Source of the DNA: Octopus sinensis | Taxonomy: Eukaryota | Assembly: GCF_006345805.1 (NCBI RefSeq) | Contig: NC_043002.1 | Coordinates: 110,360,001-110,424,000, forward strand | Direction of reading: 5' to 3' | DNA length: 64,000 bases | Shown here: positions 13,950 to 26,859 of the stretch, piece after piece | Layout: the number at the start of each line of letters is the position of its first letter | Numbering within the stretch: position 1 is the stretch's first letter | Translations under genes and position numbers: made by a program | Notes under the pieces: generated by a model | The model's database searches: none | What the model was told of the DNA's origin: nothing | What the model saw: only the letters and a program-made list of their open reading frames with translations

Positions 13950-15019
13950 ATAATATATATATATACATAATACACATATATATACATATATACGACAGGC
14001 TTCTTTCAGTTTCCGTCTACCAAATCCACTCAAAAGGCATTGGTCGGCCCGGGGGCTATAGCAGAAGACACTTGCCCAAGATGCCACGCAGTGGGACTGA
14101 ACCTGGAACCATGTGGTTGGTTAGCAAGCTACTTACCACACAGCCACTCCTGCTTCTGTTTTTTTTTTTTGTTTGTTTTGTTTTGTTTCATAACCAAAGT
14201 GCCTTTGCTATCAAGTTATAAATGCAATCTTACACACCCATCACAGGAATTTGATCACTGAAAGAGTGAAAACCATCTGTTTCCTGAAAATTCTAATCAC
14301 TTTATTCTCCTAGTCCTTACACTGATAAAGTGCATCTGTCTTGCTTCGCTTCCATTTCACATTCATACTGCAATCGAAACTTAATTCTTTTTGATGTCAT
14401 TCTAACTAAATGGTCTTCAGTTTTGATGACTCAAACATTGCCACTGCCATCACCAAATTTTTACTACAGTCTCAGAATGATTCACCGTTCCACTTGACTA
14501 GTAGCAGAAGCTACACTGTAACCAACCTCTAACCTTGCCTTAATGCTTGTCTATCTCAGCGCTTGCTATCTTTAATCTCTCTACTATAAATCCTAACGAT
14601 GGATCTTTTGTTTTGCTTTTCTTCTTTTCCCTCCTCTTTTTGCATTATTTCTTCTTCCTCCTCCTCCTTCTCTTCTTCCTCTCACCGGCTATTTACTTCA
14701 GTCCTTGTTATTGGCTGTTAATGACCGTTTCACATTCCAAAATTGCAATAAAAACAGATGTACAGTTCCACGGTTTGTAGCTAAAGTAAAAAGAGTCATT
14801 CAAGTAAACCAAGAGAATAGGTCGGGGAAGGAACGGATGGAATGAAAACATACAATTCAGTGATTAATGTTCAGCTGGAACTTTCAGAAGCTGTTAGATC
14901 TTTGATTTAAACATATGGCAACAGTGATAAATACACGACAGCAACTGCTGCTGCAACTGACAACACAAGAACCACCATTACCACCACTACCACCATCACT
15001 ATCACCATTTCTGCCATCA

Positions 15020-15450
15020 TCATTGGCCACCACCAAAACCACCACCAACACCACCACTACCACCACCAACACCACCAAAACCACCACCAAAACCACCACC
15101 ACCAACAACACAACCACCACCACCACCACCACCACCACCACCAAAACCACCACCAAAACCACCACCACCACCAAAACCACCACCAAAACCACCACCACCA
15201 CCACCACCACCACCACCACCATCACCACCACCACCACCACCACCACCAAAACCACCACCACCACCACCACCACCAAAACCACCACCACCAAAACCACCAC
15301 CAAAACCACCACCACCACCAAAACCACCACCACCACCACCACCACCAAAACCACCACCACCACCACCACCAAAACCATCACTACCACCAAAACCAAAACC
15401 ACCACCACCACCACCACCATCACCACCACCATCATCATCATCATCATCAG
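15020..15450. repeat. (ACC)n / ACCAAA trinucleotide-type repeat grading into (ATC)n
   Basis: Produces poly-Thr, poly-Val and poly-Gly ORFs in different frames. Confidence 0.9.
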
Positions 15451-16035
15451 TAGCAGCAATAACATCCAGAGTATAGTTCTCATAACTTGGTGTTTTTGGT
15501 GCAGACATATGAGAACAGCAACAACAACAAAAGGTAACAAAAACAGCAATGCCAACTGCAGCAATATTAGCAGTTGTAGTACTACCACCTTTACCATCAT
15601 ACTCATCACCACCACAACCACTGCCATTGCTACAATTGTTGTTACCACTGCAACTGTCGGCATCACATTACCTCCTCCCCACCACAATATCCTCCTCCCT
15701 ATCACAGAACCCCTCCTTACCATCATCATCTGAAGCAGCAATGACAACTGGATAGGAGTCACTCAATGTGCTAGAAATAGTTGTCAAATCTCCCTCAAAT
15801 CACACAGGCTTACAAAAAAGAATAGGGACATATTGAGTAATGTGCACATTCCTAAATGAATTGTTTGATAAGATGATGGCAGGATCATGTCTAAAAAGCC
15901 CTTGATCATTGGTTTGTTTAATCAGGTTCAAGAGAGAGGGGACAGTTAAGCATTTGGCAAGCAACACTTCTTATATTGGTATATTATTGTGAGAAGATTC
16001 TGATATTTCAGACAAAGAGAAAAGTTTTGGTGCAT

Positions 16036-16410
16036 CAGTGGTATGTAAAAAGCACCATCCGTTCGTGGTTGTTGCCAGCCTCGCCTGGCCCCCGTGCCGG
16101 TGGCACATAAAGAGCACCATCCGATCGTGGCCGTTGTCAGCCTCGTCTGGCCCCCGTGCCGGTGGCACGTAAAAAGCACCATCCGTCCGTGGCCGTTTGC
16201 CAGCTCCGTCTGGCACCTGTGTGGGTGGCATGTAAAAAGCACCCACTACACTCACGGAGTGGTTGGCGTTAGGAAGGGCATCCAGCCGTAGAAACACTGC
16301 CAGATCAGACTGGGCCTGATGCAGCCTTCTGGCTTCACAGACCCCAGTTGAACCGTCCAACCCATGCTAGCATGGAAAGCGGATGCTAAATGATGATGAT
16401 GATGATGATG
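16036..16410 (+). mobile_element. RTE-type 3' tail with three ~58-bp repeats
   Basis: GGTGGCACGTAAAAAGCACC units, AGGAAGGGCATCC motif, (GAT)n end. Confidence 0.8.
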
Positions 16411-16566
16411 TTTCTAAATGAGGCCTGTCTCTCAACAATAAAGACAATAACAAAAACAAAATAGCAACAAACCAAATCACTTGCTCTACTAGAAATAACA
16501 ACTAAATGTCTCAAAAACCACACCCTACCATCTTAAACAAAACTGGATAATATAACCCAAAATATA

Positions 16567-16964
16567 TCTTTATATATAAAAGTGAGGTTGTGTGCTGTCT
16601 GTCTCCTATGATTTAGATTCCTAACTACTCCCACATTTTGTGGTGCAGTTTAACCAAAACCGGGTATCTTATAGTCGTGATTCATATCGAGCCCTTCTGG
16701 GTAATAGCGCGCGTCTACGATGAGTTTACGATTTAAAAAATAATTTACCATCAATTTTTCCCATTTTTAATGCATTTTTGGCATATATAAGGGAAGTAAC
16801 TCTCTAAAAATGTATTATTAAATCTCAGAACATAAAAAGCTACAGTAACACCCCCCCCCTTTGTGGTTAGCCATATTGAGATGGCTATTATACTTTACAT
16901 CTCTAAAAATGCTTATATAGTTATTTCCCTTACAAACCCGAGCAACGCCGGGCGATACTGCTAG
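16567..16964 (+). mobile_element. Non-autonomous Helitron, interior type B
   Basis: Same TC start, hairpin and CTAG end as the 10177 copy; A|T site. Confidence 0.88.
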
Positions 16965-17800
16965 TTTTATCTAAACATAAATCGGGATGTCACTGCTGGA
17001 ATACCTTTCATCATTGGCCAAGCTCAATCAGAGTAAACAACAACAGTAATGATACAAAGCTATTCATCTGTAGTGAAGGGAAGCTGATATGATATCATCA
17101 TCACCACCACCTCCACGATCATCATAATCGTCATCATCATCATCATCATCACTGTTTTAACAGTCTTTCTTCCATGCTTGCATGGACCTAATGGGAATTC
17201 ACTGAGGCAGATTTTCTACGGCTGGATGCCTTTCTACCACCTGCCCTTGCTTGTTTCCAAGCAAGGTAATATTTCTACCTGGCTGGCCATATTTTCGTGG
17301 AAAACTATAATAGATGACACTGAATGATAGTAACACTCACAACTATCACATGATGTCAAGATAAAGAAACACAAGCAGCTCACCACATACACACATACAC
17401 GTGCAACCATACATACACACACATGTGCATATGCATGCATGCACACTTGCACGTGTGCAAACACACACACACACAATGATCTGTTTAAAGATTGAGGCAC
17501 ATCAAAGTGAAGCAGACCACACTTAATGACGAGACAGTATCACAACAGATAAATAATCCATTCTATTAGCGAAGAGTTCATCAGTTAAAGGAAGTTCATT
17601 GGTGTTTGGTAATCCACAAATCCAAAGGTATCTAAAATAGAGTACAACTTTTAGTATAGTGTGATATAATTATAAAAAGACAAGCAAATGGATTAAATGG
17701 TCTCATTACAATGTTTCATTAAAATATTTTATAATGTAACACTGTCTAATGAAACAGTTGTGTAAGGTAAGCAACATCCATATGATTATGCAATACATTA

Positions 17801-18194
17801 TCTTTATATATAAAAGAGAGGTTGTGTGTCTGTCTCCTACGATTTAGATTCCTAACTACTCCCACATTTTGCGGTGCAGTTTAACCAAAACCGGGTATCT
17901 TATAGTCATGATTCATATCGAGCCCTTCTGGGTATTAGCGCGCATCTACAATGAGTCTACGATTTAAAAAAAAATTACCATCAATTTTTCCCATTTTAAT
18001 GCAGTTTTGGCATATATAAGGGAAGTAACTCTCTAAAAATTTATTATTAAATCTCAAAACGTAAAAAGCTACAGTAACACCCCCCCCCCTTTGTGGTTAG
18101 CCATATTGAGATGGCTATTATACTTTACATCTCTAAAAATGCTTATATAGTTATTTTCCTTACAAACCCGAGCAACGCCGGGCGATACTGCTAG
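17801..18194 (+). mobile_element. Non-autonomous Helitron, interior type B
   Basis: Near-identical to the 16567 copy; A|T site. Confidence 0.88.
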
Positions 18195-18479
18195 TCATGA
18201 GGCAACCATATGAAGGTCAATATTTGATAAGTCATTTGATATGTTGAGACTGCAGTCTCAAAAACATATATATTTTGCTGAACCTGCCAGTTTTTTGACA
18301 TATCAAAGATTGACTTGCATATGTGTTTTAATCCTTAATATATGTGGAATTATTATAATGACTACTTTGGTATACAGTATACTTAGTAACACCAGTAAAA
18401 ACATGACTATCTCTGACCGCCTGCTGTGTAATCTCGTACTTCATGTACTTCTCTTTACTTATAGTGACTAGGTTATTCC

Positions 18480-20445
18480 ATTCATCGCGTGGGAGGGGTG
18501 TACCATTATTACTAATTCCCTACAACATCTACCCTTTTAAGTTTTCTCCCATTTTTGAATTTCTTTTTTTTGTACAGTTTAATATTTTTGGTGTTTGGAA
18601 TCTATTTTCAGGAACTCTGTAGGTTTTCTTTTCCTCTCACTTGTTTGCCTGGGTTCTATCACCTGCAGTGGCATTGGTACTCGGAACATATTGTACAAAC
18701 ATTCCATCAGTTCCTCCAACTTCTTTGGTTCGTTTTCCATTAATCTCTTTTTTAGTTGGTTCCTGTCTCCTTTTTGTATGCTTTTCTACTTTTTACCCGT
18801 GGTTGGCGTTAGGAAGGGCATCCAGCTGTAGAAACATTGCCAGATAAGACTGGAGCCTGGTGCAGCCTTCTGGCTTCCCAGATCCCCGGTTCAACCGTCC
18901 AACCCATGCTAGCATGGAGAACGGACGTTAAACGATGATGATGATGATGATGACTTAATAATTACACCATCTTCCCAACTCTGCTTTCCATTCTTGTATG
19001 CCCTCATATACACCTTTTCATCAATTTTAAAGAATCTTGCTTTATTTTCCCTGACACTTCTTTTCTTGCCAGGTAGCAACTTATCAAACACTGATTTTGC
19101 TTCCCTTGCAAACATCAGCTCCACTGGTGAGCTACTTTTGCTAGTGTATTCGGATTTGGTGTCACACAGTACAGTCTTAAAAATTGTTGTAGAGTTACCT
19201 CATCTGTGACTTTCTTATTTGATTTTCTAAGGACTCTTTTGAAGGTATCAACAAAGCATTCTGCCAGTCCATTAGATCTGGGATGTGATGGTGATGTAGT
19301 TATGTTCTACTGTGAACATTTCACAAATTTTTTAAAATTCGCTAGACACAAATTGCATTCCATTATCAGACACTATCTTGTCTGGGATGCCAAATTTTGC
19401 AAACAGGTCATGTAAAGAATTTATCATGGTTGAGGAGGTTGGTCTTTTACACTTGGAAATTTCAGGCAATTTCAAGAAACTATCAACTACCACTAAGCAG
19501 TAATAACTGTTTAAAGGACCAGCGAAATTGATGTGTAGTCTTGGCCACTTTTTATCATGTGCAATTTTGCTGCTAGAGCACATCCTCTACAGCCTTTCAC
19601 CAAATTTTCAATTTCTCTGTCCATTTTGGCCAGTATATGCAACTGCACATTAAAGCTTTCATCCAAGATGTCCGATGCGAAATTCTCTCAACATTTTCTT
19701 TTGTAGTATTTCTCATATCACTACTCACTGTGCACACATCAGTACACCATCAAACATTGAGTATAGATTCACATCTTGGTTTTGTTTTGCACCAAACCTG
19801 TTTCTATTTTCCTTCGCTGACTACAGTGTATATCCTCCAGGGTCACCAGCAACTTCCATACTACATTCCACATCGTGTTTTTTATTTCATTTTCACTTTC
19901 AGCCCTTAGAGCTGCGATTACCATCTCTTCAAAATGGCTTGTCATGTTTTGGCATCAGTTTGGACAGACCATCCACATGCCCTAGATTTTTCGATCGTAA
20001 ATACGCCATTCTGTAGTTGAAATTTAATAGTATGCTACATCTCTGTAGTCTATTTGCTGTGTGCATTGGGATTCCTTTTTTGGACTAATATATTGTCAGT
20101 AGGAGGTGGTGATCTGTTGGCAAACGGAAATGTTTTCCATGGATATATCTATGGAACTACTTGACACCAAATATGATTTCCAATGCCTCTTTTTCTATCT
20201 GACTATAATTCTTTTTCAGCTGGCAATAACAACCTTGGCGCATAGGCTATAGCTTTTTTACTGTCATCGTCATATTTGTGAAGAAGTACGGCTCCTACAC
20301 CATACTCACTTGCACCTGTAGCCATTATAATTTCCAACTTTGGATCAAAATGTGTCAGTGATAGGTCTAAAGTTAAAATACTTTTCAATTCATCGAATGT
20401 CTTCTGGAAATTATCCATCCAACACCATTTTGTATTCTTTTTTAA
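18480..20445 (-). mobile_element. Decayed Ty3/Gypsy LTR retrotransposon pol (RNase H - integrase; K02A2.6-like) with PPT and start of 3' LTR
   Basis: Frames: ...THFDPKLEIIMATGASEYGVGAVLLH..., GIPMHTANRLQR, REIENLVKGCRGCA, WPRLHINFAGP...GIPDKIVSDNGMQF. Purine tract at 18528-18538 is followed by TGTTGTA. Stops and frameshifts present; interrupted by an RTE tail at 18799-18953. Confidence 0.9.
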
Positions 20446-20500
20446 TATGTGTACATAAACACATATATATGTATATATAGATATACACACACACACATAT

Positions 20501-20556
<56 letters not shown>

Positions 20557-20587
20557 CATTTATATATATACACACATATATGCATAT

Positions 20588-20629
<42 letters not shown>

Positions 20630-20911
20630 ATATATACACACATATATACCCACACACATATATATATATATGACCAGAAACCCTCCTTCTTCCCTTCTTT
20701 TCTGAGCATCCAATAATACTATATTTGTTCCACGTCCTCGTGTTGTGTTTTTTGTGTTTTCTTGTTTGGATTAACTATATATATACATACATACGTATAC
20801 ACTCACACATATATATACATATATATATATACATATACATATATATATATATATATATATAGATATATATATATATAATATATATATTATATATATATAT
20901 ATGTATGTATG

Positions 20912-21048
20912 TATTTATATTAAGGGCATTAACACACATAAATGCCTTATGCTATGAGGGAGTCTTGAATCAAAACAACCATAATAAATAACTATGAATC
21001 CCTCATAGCATGAGGCATTTATGTGTATTAATGCTCTTAATATAAATA
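20912..21048. repeat. 50-bp inverted repeat (3 mismatches, 37-bp spacer) embedded in (TA)n
   Basis: Arms 20912-20961 and 20999-21048 compared by eye. Confidence 0.9.
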
Positions 21049-21494
21049 AATATATTTAAAGGGAATAATTATAATTTTTCCCTTTTCAGGTTTTTCCATG
21101 CTGACTACTAGATAAATTCTTATATAGATTTTATCCTATTTTAAAATTTTATATATACACATATATATATATTGGTAAAAACGGTAAGATAACAAAAGAA
21201 GGAAAGAGACCTCAATATTATGTAAATAGAGAAAATTTATCTGTAAAATAATATATGACAATTATTTTATATATATATATAGACATATATATGCACATAT
21301 ATATATATATACACACACATATATATATAGACATATATATATACACATATATATATATACATATGTATATATCTATATACATATATATATATGTACATAG
21401 ATATATATATATATGCATATATATAGACATACATATAAACATATATACACACATATATGCATATACACATATATATACATACATTTATATATAT

Positions 21495-21537
<43 letters not shown>

Positions 21538-21729
21538 ATATATATATATATATAATATATATATATACCTATGTATATATATCTATACATATAAAATAGT
21601 GTGCATTTAAACACAAGAGAAGCTGCCTTCAACAGGCTTTACATGCTAAAAGAAGCAGTCAAAACGACCAAAACCACATTTAAGGAAATGAAAAATAAAA
21701 ACTTTTACCTTGTTATATACATTTTTTAC

Positions 21730-21814
21730 GGTCATACCTAGGTTTCAAATTTTATTTAGCAAATAAAATAATTTGCTAGGCGAAATTCTCATCAGATTCT
21801 CATTCCAGCTGACC
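21730..21814 (-). ncRNA. Type-I hammerhead ribozyme motif with a duplicated core start
   Basis: CUGAUGA-[GAAUUU...UAGCAAAU/AUUUGCUA...AAAUUU]-GAAA-CCUAGG-UA|UGACC. Helix III is the perfect palindrome ACCUAGGU. The helix I partner GGUCA (21810-21814) is displaced by a 14-nt degenerate duplication. Confidence 0.7.
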
Positions 21815-22048
21815 TGGGCCCTCGGAAAGGAAGCTTCACTGTTCAAAGAGAATTGTGGAAAACGAACCCCATTCAAAGGCTTCTGACATTTCAAAACAGC
21901 AAGAAGTTAGTCCAAGAATGTGTTACATATCCGCATAAGCTTGGGTATTATGGACAAGCAGCTAGAAGAAAACCTCTCCTTCAACCAATTAATATCAGAT
22001 AAAAGATTTTGAAAATTAAAGGTGTCTATTACTTCCTGCATGTCTGTG

Positions 22049-22131
<83 letters not shown>

Positions 22132-22248
22132 TATATATACACACACACGCACACACACACACACATATATATATAGGAGAGAACAAAAGACGAAGACAGG
22201 TGATGTAGACAACAAACAGCAGTATTAGTTTAATGCTTGAGGAAAAGT

Positions 22249-22284
22249 CTTTAATGTTTCGAGCCTACGCTCTTCCACAGAAAG
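22249..22284 (-). ncRNA. Minimal hammerhead-like motif (core CUGUGGA), repeat family B
   Basis: CUUU-CUGUGGA-A-GAGC(GUAG)GCUC-GAAA-CA-UU|AAAG. Helices I and II perfect. A second copy lies at 56995. Confidence 0.45.
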
Positions 22285-22692
22285 GAACACAGAAAGAAAC
22301 AGGGAGAGAAAATTAAGAATGTGTAATGGCTAACGATCTATTATGGTGAATGCCGGACATACGGACATATAGATATATATACATGTATATATATATATAT
22401 ATATGAATAAAAAATGGAGTTAACGCAGGTGTAATCAAATATTTTGCTGCCCTGGTAACTATTTATTTATTTTTTCCGTGTTAATTGTTAACAAGGTAAA
22501 AATACACTCATCTACTTATATATATATATATATATATATTTAATTTGGGTTCAGCTAATTGCTTCACCACATACCTGAATTTAGAAATAGGAGTTAAAAT
22601 TCCTTTACTGATACTATAAGAATCTCCATGATGATAACATACTTTTTTACAAAGGCAAAGAGAAAAATAATGAATCAACATAACCAGGATTA

Positions 22693-22755
22693 ACTATATA
22701 TGCGTTTCGAGATTAAAATAATTAAAATTTTACTTACTTCTCTCTTCAGTATAGT
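22693..22755 (-). ncRNA. Type-I hammerhead ribozyme motif (helix III mutated)
   Basis: ACUAUA-CUGAAGA-GAGA...UCUC-GAAA-CGCA-UA|UAUAGU. Helix I has 6 bp. ACGCAU is one CpG-type change from the palindrome ACGCGU. A 24-bp inverted copy of the motif start follows at 22755-22778. Confidence 0.7.
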
Positions 22756-22919
22756 ACTGAAGAGAAAAGTAAGTAAAAGGGAACCACCATAACAAAAACG
22801 GGCCCAACCAGTGCCATACAATTGGTAATAAAATCCATACCTAAGGATTTCCTAAGGATTGCAGCAGGCTGAAAAATAAAAGTGAGCACCAATAATAAAT
22901 CCACTTATACAGCATACAT

Positions 22920-23284
22920 AAATGTGAAGTGAAGATTGATGTACTGGAAACACCATGAAAAATTGTCTGTGCAACCATCTTACCTCATTTTCCAATGCAA
23001 ATAAAAGGCACTGCACATCATTATCCAACCTCATCTGGAAGCTCAAACAGAATGGAGTGAAGTATACAACCAACTGGTCTATAATAAATAATGCTAGGCC
23101 ATACAAGAGAATGTCACATGTGTGCAACTTATGCCTAAAGGAAACTCTGGAGATCATCACATCCAGAGAAAACATAATTGATAGACATTCCAAAGTAATT
23201 ATATCATGTAAACATAAAAGCGAGACATCATTCTTAGAATTCAAAAGGAACATTTCAAAACCGAATAACACTAACCATCAATAG
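22920..23284 (+). mobile_element. Penelope-like element endonuclease C-terminal fragment
   Basis: ...HCTSLSNLIWKLKQNGVKYTTNWSIINNARPYKRMSHVCNLCLKETLEII... resembles PLE GIY-YIG C-termini with a CxLC motif. Lies next to a hammerhead motif. Confidence 0.75.
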
Positions 23285-23934
23285 CATCTAATAGAACAAG
23301 AGAGAACATATAAACCTACTAAACAAAAAACAAAAAACATTTTCTTATGCTGTGTTTATATCATTGTACCACCAGAAGTAATTAAAAGGACCCTTTAAAA
23401 GAACATTTGTCAGCTCAGAGAATGAACTCCAACAACACAATAGTTTTACTTCCTGACCCTACTACAACTGAATTTATTGTGGAAGTGCCTGAACTATACT
23501 ACCCGGCATCTGCATGCAGATCCCAAATCTGCATACACAAATATCAAAACAAGTCAAACATCACCACACACTCCTCCTTCTCCTTCATCATTATCTTTCC
23601 TTTCTGTTTTACCATCACTTTCTACTCCTCCCCACCAAATACACACAGAACTGCCCACATACCCCAATCAACATTTCCATTGGTAAAAATTGATATATAT
23701 CCTTCAGTTATACATTTGCTGCTTCCAATGTTAATGACATATCACCTGAGGAAATAAACACATGAACCATGATCATCCTGATGTCCATGGACACTACAGA
23801 CTCTACTGTAATCATCCCAGGAATATGGACTATGATAACAAGAAACGTGATTTGGGGAAACATGCGTAGCAATACATTAAAATATTTATAAATTCCATCC
23901 ATGGATTATTGTTGTTATTATTATTACTATATTC

Positions 23935-24198
23935 CTTTATTATTTTACTTGTTTCAGTCATTTACCTGTGGCCATGCTGGAGCACTGCTTTAAAGGGTTT
24001 TAGTCAGAGAAATCAACTCCAGGACTTATTTTTTGTAAGCCTAGTAATTATTCTATCAGTTACTTTTGCAGAGCCACCAAGTTATGGGGCTGTGAACACA
24101 AACAAGAGATATTGGGGTGGGACAAACACAGACACAAAGATACACACACATAAATATACATACATACATACAAACATACATACATACATAAATATACA

Positions 24199-24260
<62 letters not shown>

Positions 24261-24387
24261 CACTCACAAGGCTTTGGTCAGCCTGAGGATAGTAGAAAAC
24301 ACCGGCTCAATGTGCCACACAGTGGGACTGAACCTGAAACTATGTGATTGGAAAGCAACCTTCTTACCACACAACCACACTTGCACC
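23935..24387 (-). mobile_element. Diverged S1-type SINE
   Basis: Matches the S1 head, core and tail, with an internal (TACA)n. Confidence 0.75.
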
Positions 24388-25064
24388 TATATATATATAT
24401 ATATGTATTAAAAATATATATAAAAATACAAAATGGGACAAGAATGCAAAACATTCAAATAGACGACACAAAAAAACGGACGGGTCATTCAAGGCCTCTA
24501 ATCTTCAGTCAAGAACCGGATCATCCTCGCAATTTCGGCTGATTAATCTTGAGATCGCTCCGAGCCGGCCAGCCCCAAGGAAAAACTAAGCTACGAGCAT
24601 TAGATTTCTTGGAAAAAGGATCGAATGTATATGAAACAAGGATAGAAAAACGGACGATGCCACACGAATATAAATACAAAAACCAATAATAATAATAATA
24701 ACAGGACAAAAACAACGGGTGTCTTACGACTTTAGACAGTTCAACTTAGCTTAGCTGGCGTATTTGGAAAATAATGCCTTACGGCAGATGAAGAAATTGA
24801 TGTTGTCGTGGCGGTGCTCAGAAGCCGAAAGGCTAGTTGATTGGCGGTTATGTGAGAGGAGAAGAGAGAGAAAAAGGGGCAAAGGAATCAAAGAGAGAGA
24901 GAAGAAGAAGGACAAAGGCACCAAAGAGGGGGAGAAGAGAGAGAAAGAAGGAATTAAAGAGGGGAGAAGAAAGAGAGCTTGCCAAGGATTGGCTTGACAA
25001 CAGAAAGGCAGGGTCAGTGAGGTGCAAAGTGAGAAAGACAGAGAAATGTGATATATATATATAT

Positions 25065-25473
25065 AGGCGCAGGAGTGGCTGTGTGGTAAGTAGCTTGCTA
25101 ACCAACCACATGGTTCTGGGTTCAGTCCCACTGTGTGGCATCTTGGGCAAGTGTCTTCTGCTATAGCCCCGGGCCGACCAATGCCCAGTGAGTGGATTTG
25201 GTAGACGGAAACTAAAAGAAGCCTGTCGTATATATGTATATATATGTGTGTGTGTGTTTGTGTGTCTGTGTTTGTCCCCCTAGCATTGCTTGACCACCGA
25301 TGCTGGTGTGTTTACGTCCCCGTCACTTAGCGGTTCGGCAAAAAGAGACCGATAGAATAAGTACTGGGCTTACAAAAAGAATAAGTCCTGGGGTCGAGTT
25401 GCTCGACTAAAGGTGGTGCTCCAGCATGGCCGCAGTCAAATGACTGAAACAAGTAAAAGAGAGTAAAAGAGTA
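25065..25473 (+). mobile_element. S1 SINE, full length
   Basis: AGGCGCAGGAGTGGCTGTGTGGTAAG...GGTTCAGTCCC tRNA-like head, TGGGCAAGTGTCTTC core, TA/TG microsatellite, (GAGTAAAA)n tail. Confidence 0.9.
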
Positions 25474-25675
25474 ATATATATACACACACACACACCACAC
25501 AGATATATAAATATATAATTATAGAGATATAATTAAGGGTACTGAGAAACAGCACCAACATGCTGAAGATAGGCATCAAAAGACTAAAAAATACCCACTT
25601 CAAATTACACTCCATTAGCACAAAGCTGAAAGCCAGCAAATGAATAAAAGAGATTTCGCAAAATTTTAAGGTTAA

Positions 25676-25734
25676 TTCTAGATCATCCAATTTCTGGTTT
25701 AGAAAAACGAATTATTTTACTGTTATCAGTAGAA
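25676..25734 (-). ncRNA. Hammerhead motif, left arm (core CUGAUAA, G8A)
   Basis: UUCUA-CUGAUAA-...-GAAA-UUGGAUGA-UC|UAGAA. Helix I has 5 perfect bp. Confidence 0.55.
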
Positions 25735-25993
25735 TATGTATATACATACCCATACAAATATATTAATATGTATACAAATATATATATATATATATCCACA
25801 CAGATATATGAGGTAAATCAAGTTATTCATCTCAATCATGTGCGTATTTGATCAAGATAATATTGCAGTAAATATCAGGATTGGAGTGAATAAATAAATA
25901 TATGTGTCCATAATTAAGGGTAAAATCAATTAATATGTGTGGATATATGTATATATTTGTATATATATATATATGAATGTATTTGTATGGGTA

Positions 25994-26428
25994 TACTCTT
26001 TTACTCTTTTACTTGTTTCAGTCATTTTGACTGCGGCCATGCTGGAGCACCGCCTTTAATCGAGCAACTCGACCCCGGGACTTATTCTTTTGTAAGCCCA
26101 GTACTTATTCTATCGGTCTCTTTTGCCGAACCGCTAAGTGACGGGGACATAAACACACCAGCATTGGTTGTCAAGCAATGCTAGGGGGACAAACACAGAC
26201 ACACAAACACACACACACACAACACACACACATATATATATATATATAAATATATACATATATACGACAGGCTTCTTTCAGTCTCCGTCTACCAAATCCA
26301 CTCACAAGACATTGGTCGGCCCGGGGCTATAGCAGAAGACACTTGCCCAAGATGCCACGCAGTGGGACTGAACCTGGAACCATGTGGTTGTTAAACAAGC
26401 TACTTACCACACAGCCACTCCTGCGCCT
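25994..26428 (-). mobile_element. S1 SINE, full length
   Basis: Reverse complement of the S1 pattern. Confidence 0.9.
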
Positions 26429-26468
26429 ATATGTATGTATATATTTATATTTATGTACTTTTGGTACA

Positions 26469-26527
26469 TTCTACTGATGAGGATATAGTAATTTGTATTA
26501 CTAAACAAGAAATCAGATGATCAAGAA
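26469..26527 (+). ncRNA. Hammerhead motif, right arm (intact CUGAUGA)
   Basis: UUCUA-CUGAUGA-GGAUA UAGUAAU(UUGU)AUUACUA AACAA-GAAA-UCAGAUGA-UC|AAGAA. The base of helix II and the first helix I pair are decayed. Confidence 0.55.
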
Positions 26528-26788
26528 GTAACCTCAAAATTTTACTAAGTCTCTTTTATTCATTTGCTAGCTTTCAGCCTTGTGCTAATGGAGTGTAATT
26601 TTAAGTGGTTTTTAGAGTTTTTTGACGTCTATCTCTAGTGTGAAGGTGCTGTTTCTTAGTACCCTTAATTATAATTGTATCTATATAATCATATATTTAT
26701 ATTAATGTTTTTATTACATACTGGCCACTGATAAGTTCATTAATTGATTTTATCCCTAATTGTGTTTGTATGTGTGTATAAGTATGTG

Positions 26789-26855
<67 letters not shown>

Positions 26856-26859
26856 TGGG

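Larger units (their letters stand above)
10875..14153 (-). mobile_element. tRNA-derived SINE with internal microsatellite (family S1), split by a ~2.8 kb CA-rich tract
   Basis: 3' half at 10875-11145 and 5' half at ~13985-14153 match intact S1 copies (e.g. 25065, 62877). Confidence 0.8.
25520..26700. repeat. Diverged ~220-bp inverted repeat pair (~25520-25740 / ~26465-26700), each arm with a hammerhead motif; S1 SINE in the spacer
   Basis: AATTAAGGGTACTGAGAAACAGCACC...CTCCATTAGCACAAAGCTGAAAGC versus its reverse complement at 26565-26670. Confidence 0.8.

Noticed and set aside
14884-15762. Poly-Val, poly-Thr (mucin-like) and Gly/Phe-rich ORFs
   Set aside because: All arise from one (ACC)n repeat read in different frames, with no supporting splice or domain context.
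23740-23852. CUGAGGA ... GAAAC-GUGAU with a possible helix I AUCAC/GUGAU
   Set aside because: The UH cleavage site is missing and the ~90-nt helix II region is not convincingly paired.
24480-24585. Hammerhead candidate (GGCUG/CAGCC helix plus GAAA; separate CUGAAGA)
   Set aside because: No CUGANGA precedes the helix and no GAAA follows the CUGAAGA; at best a scaffold without a core.
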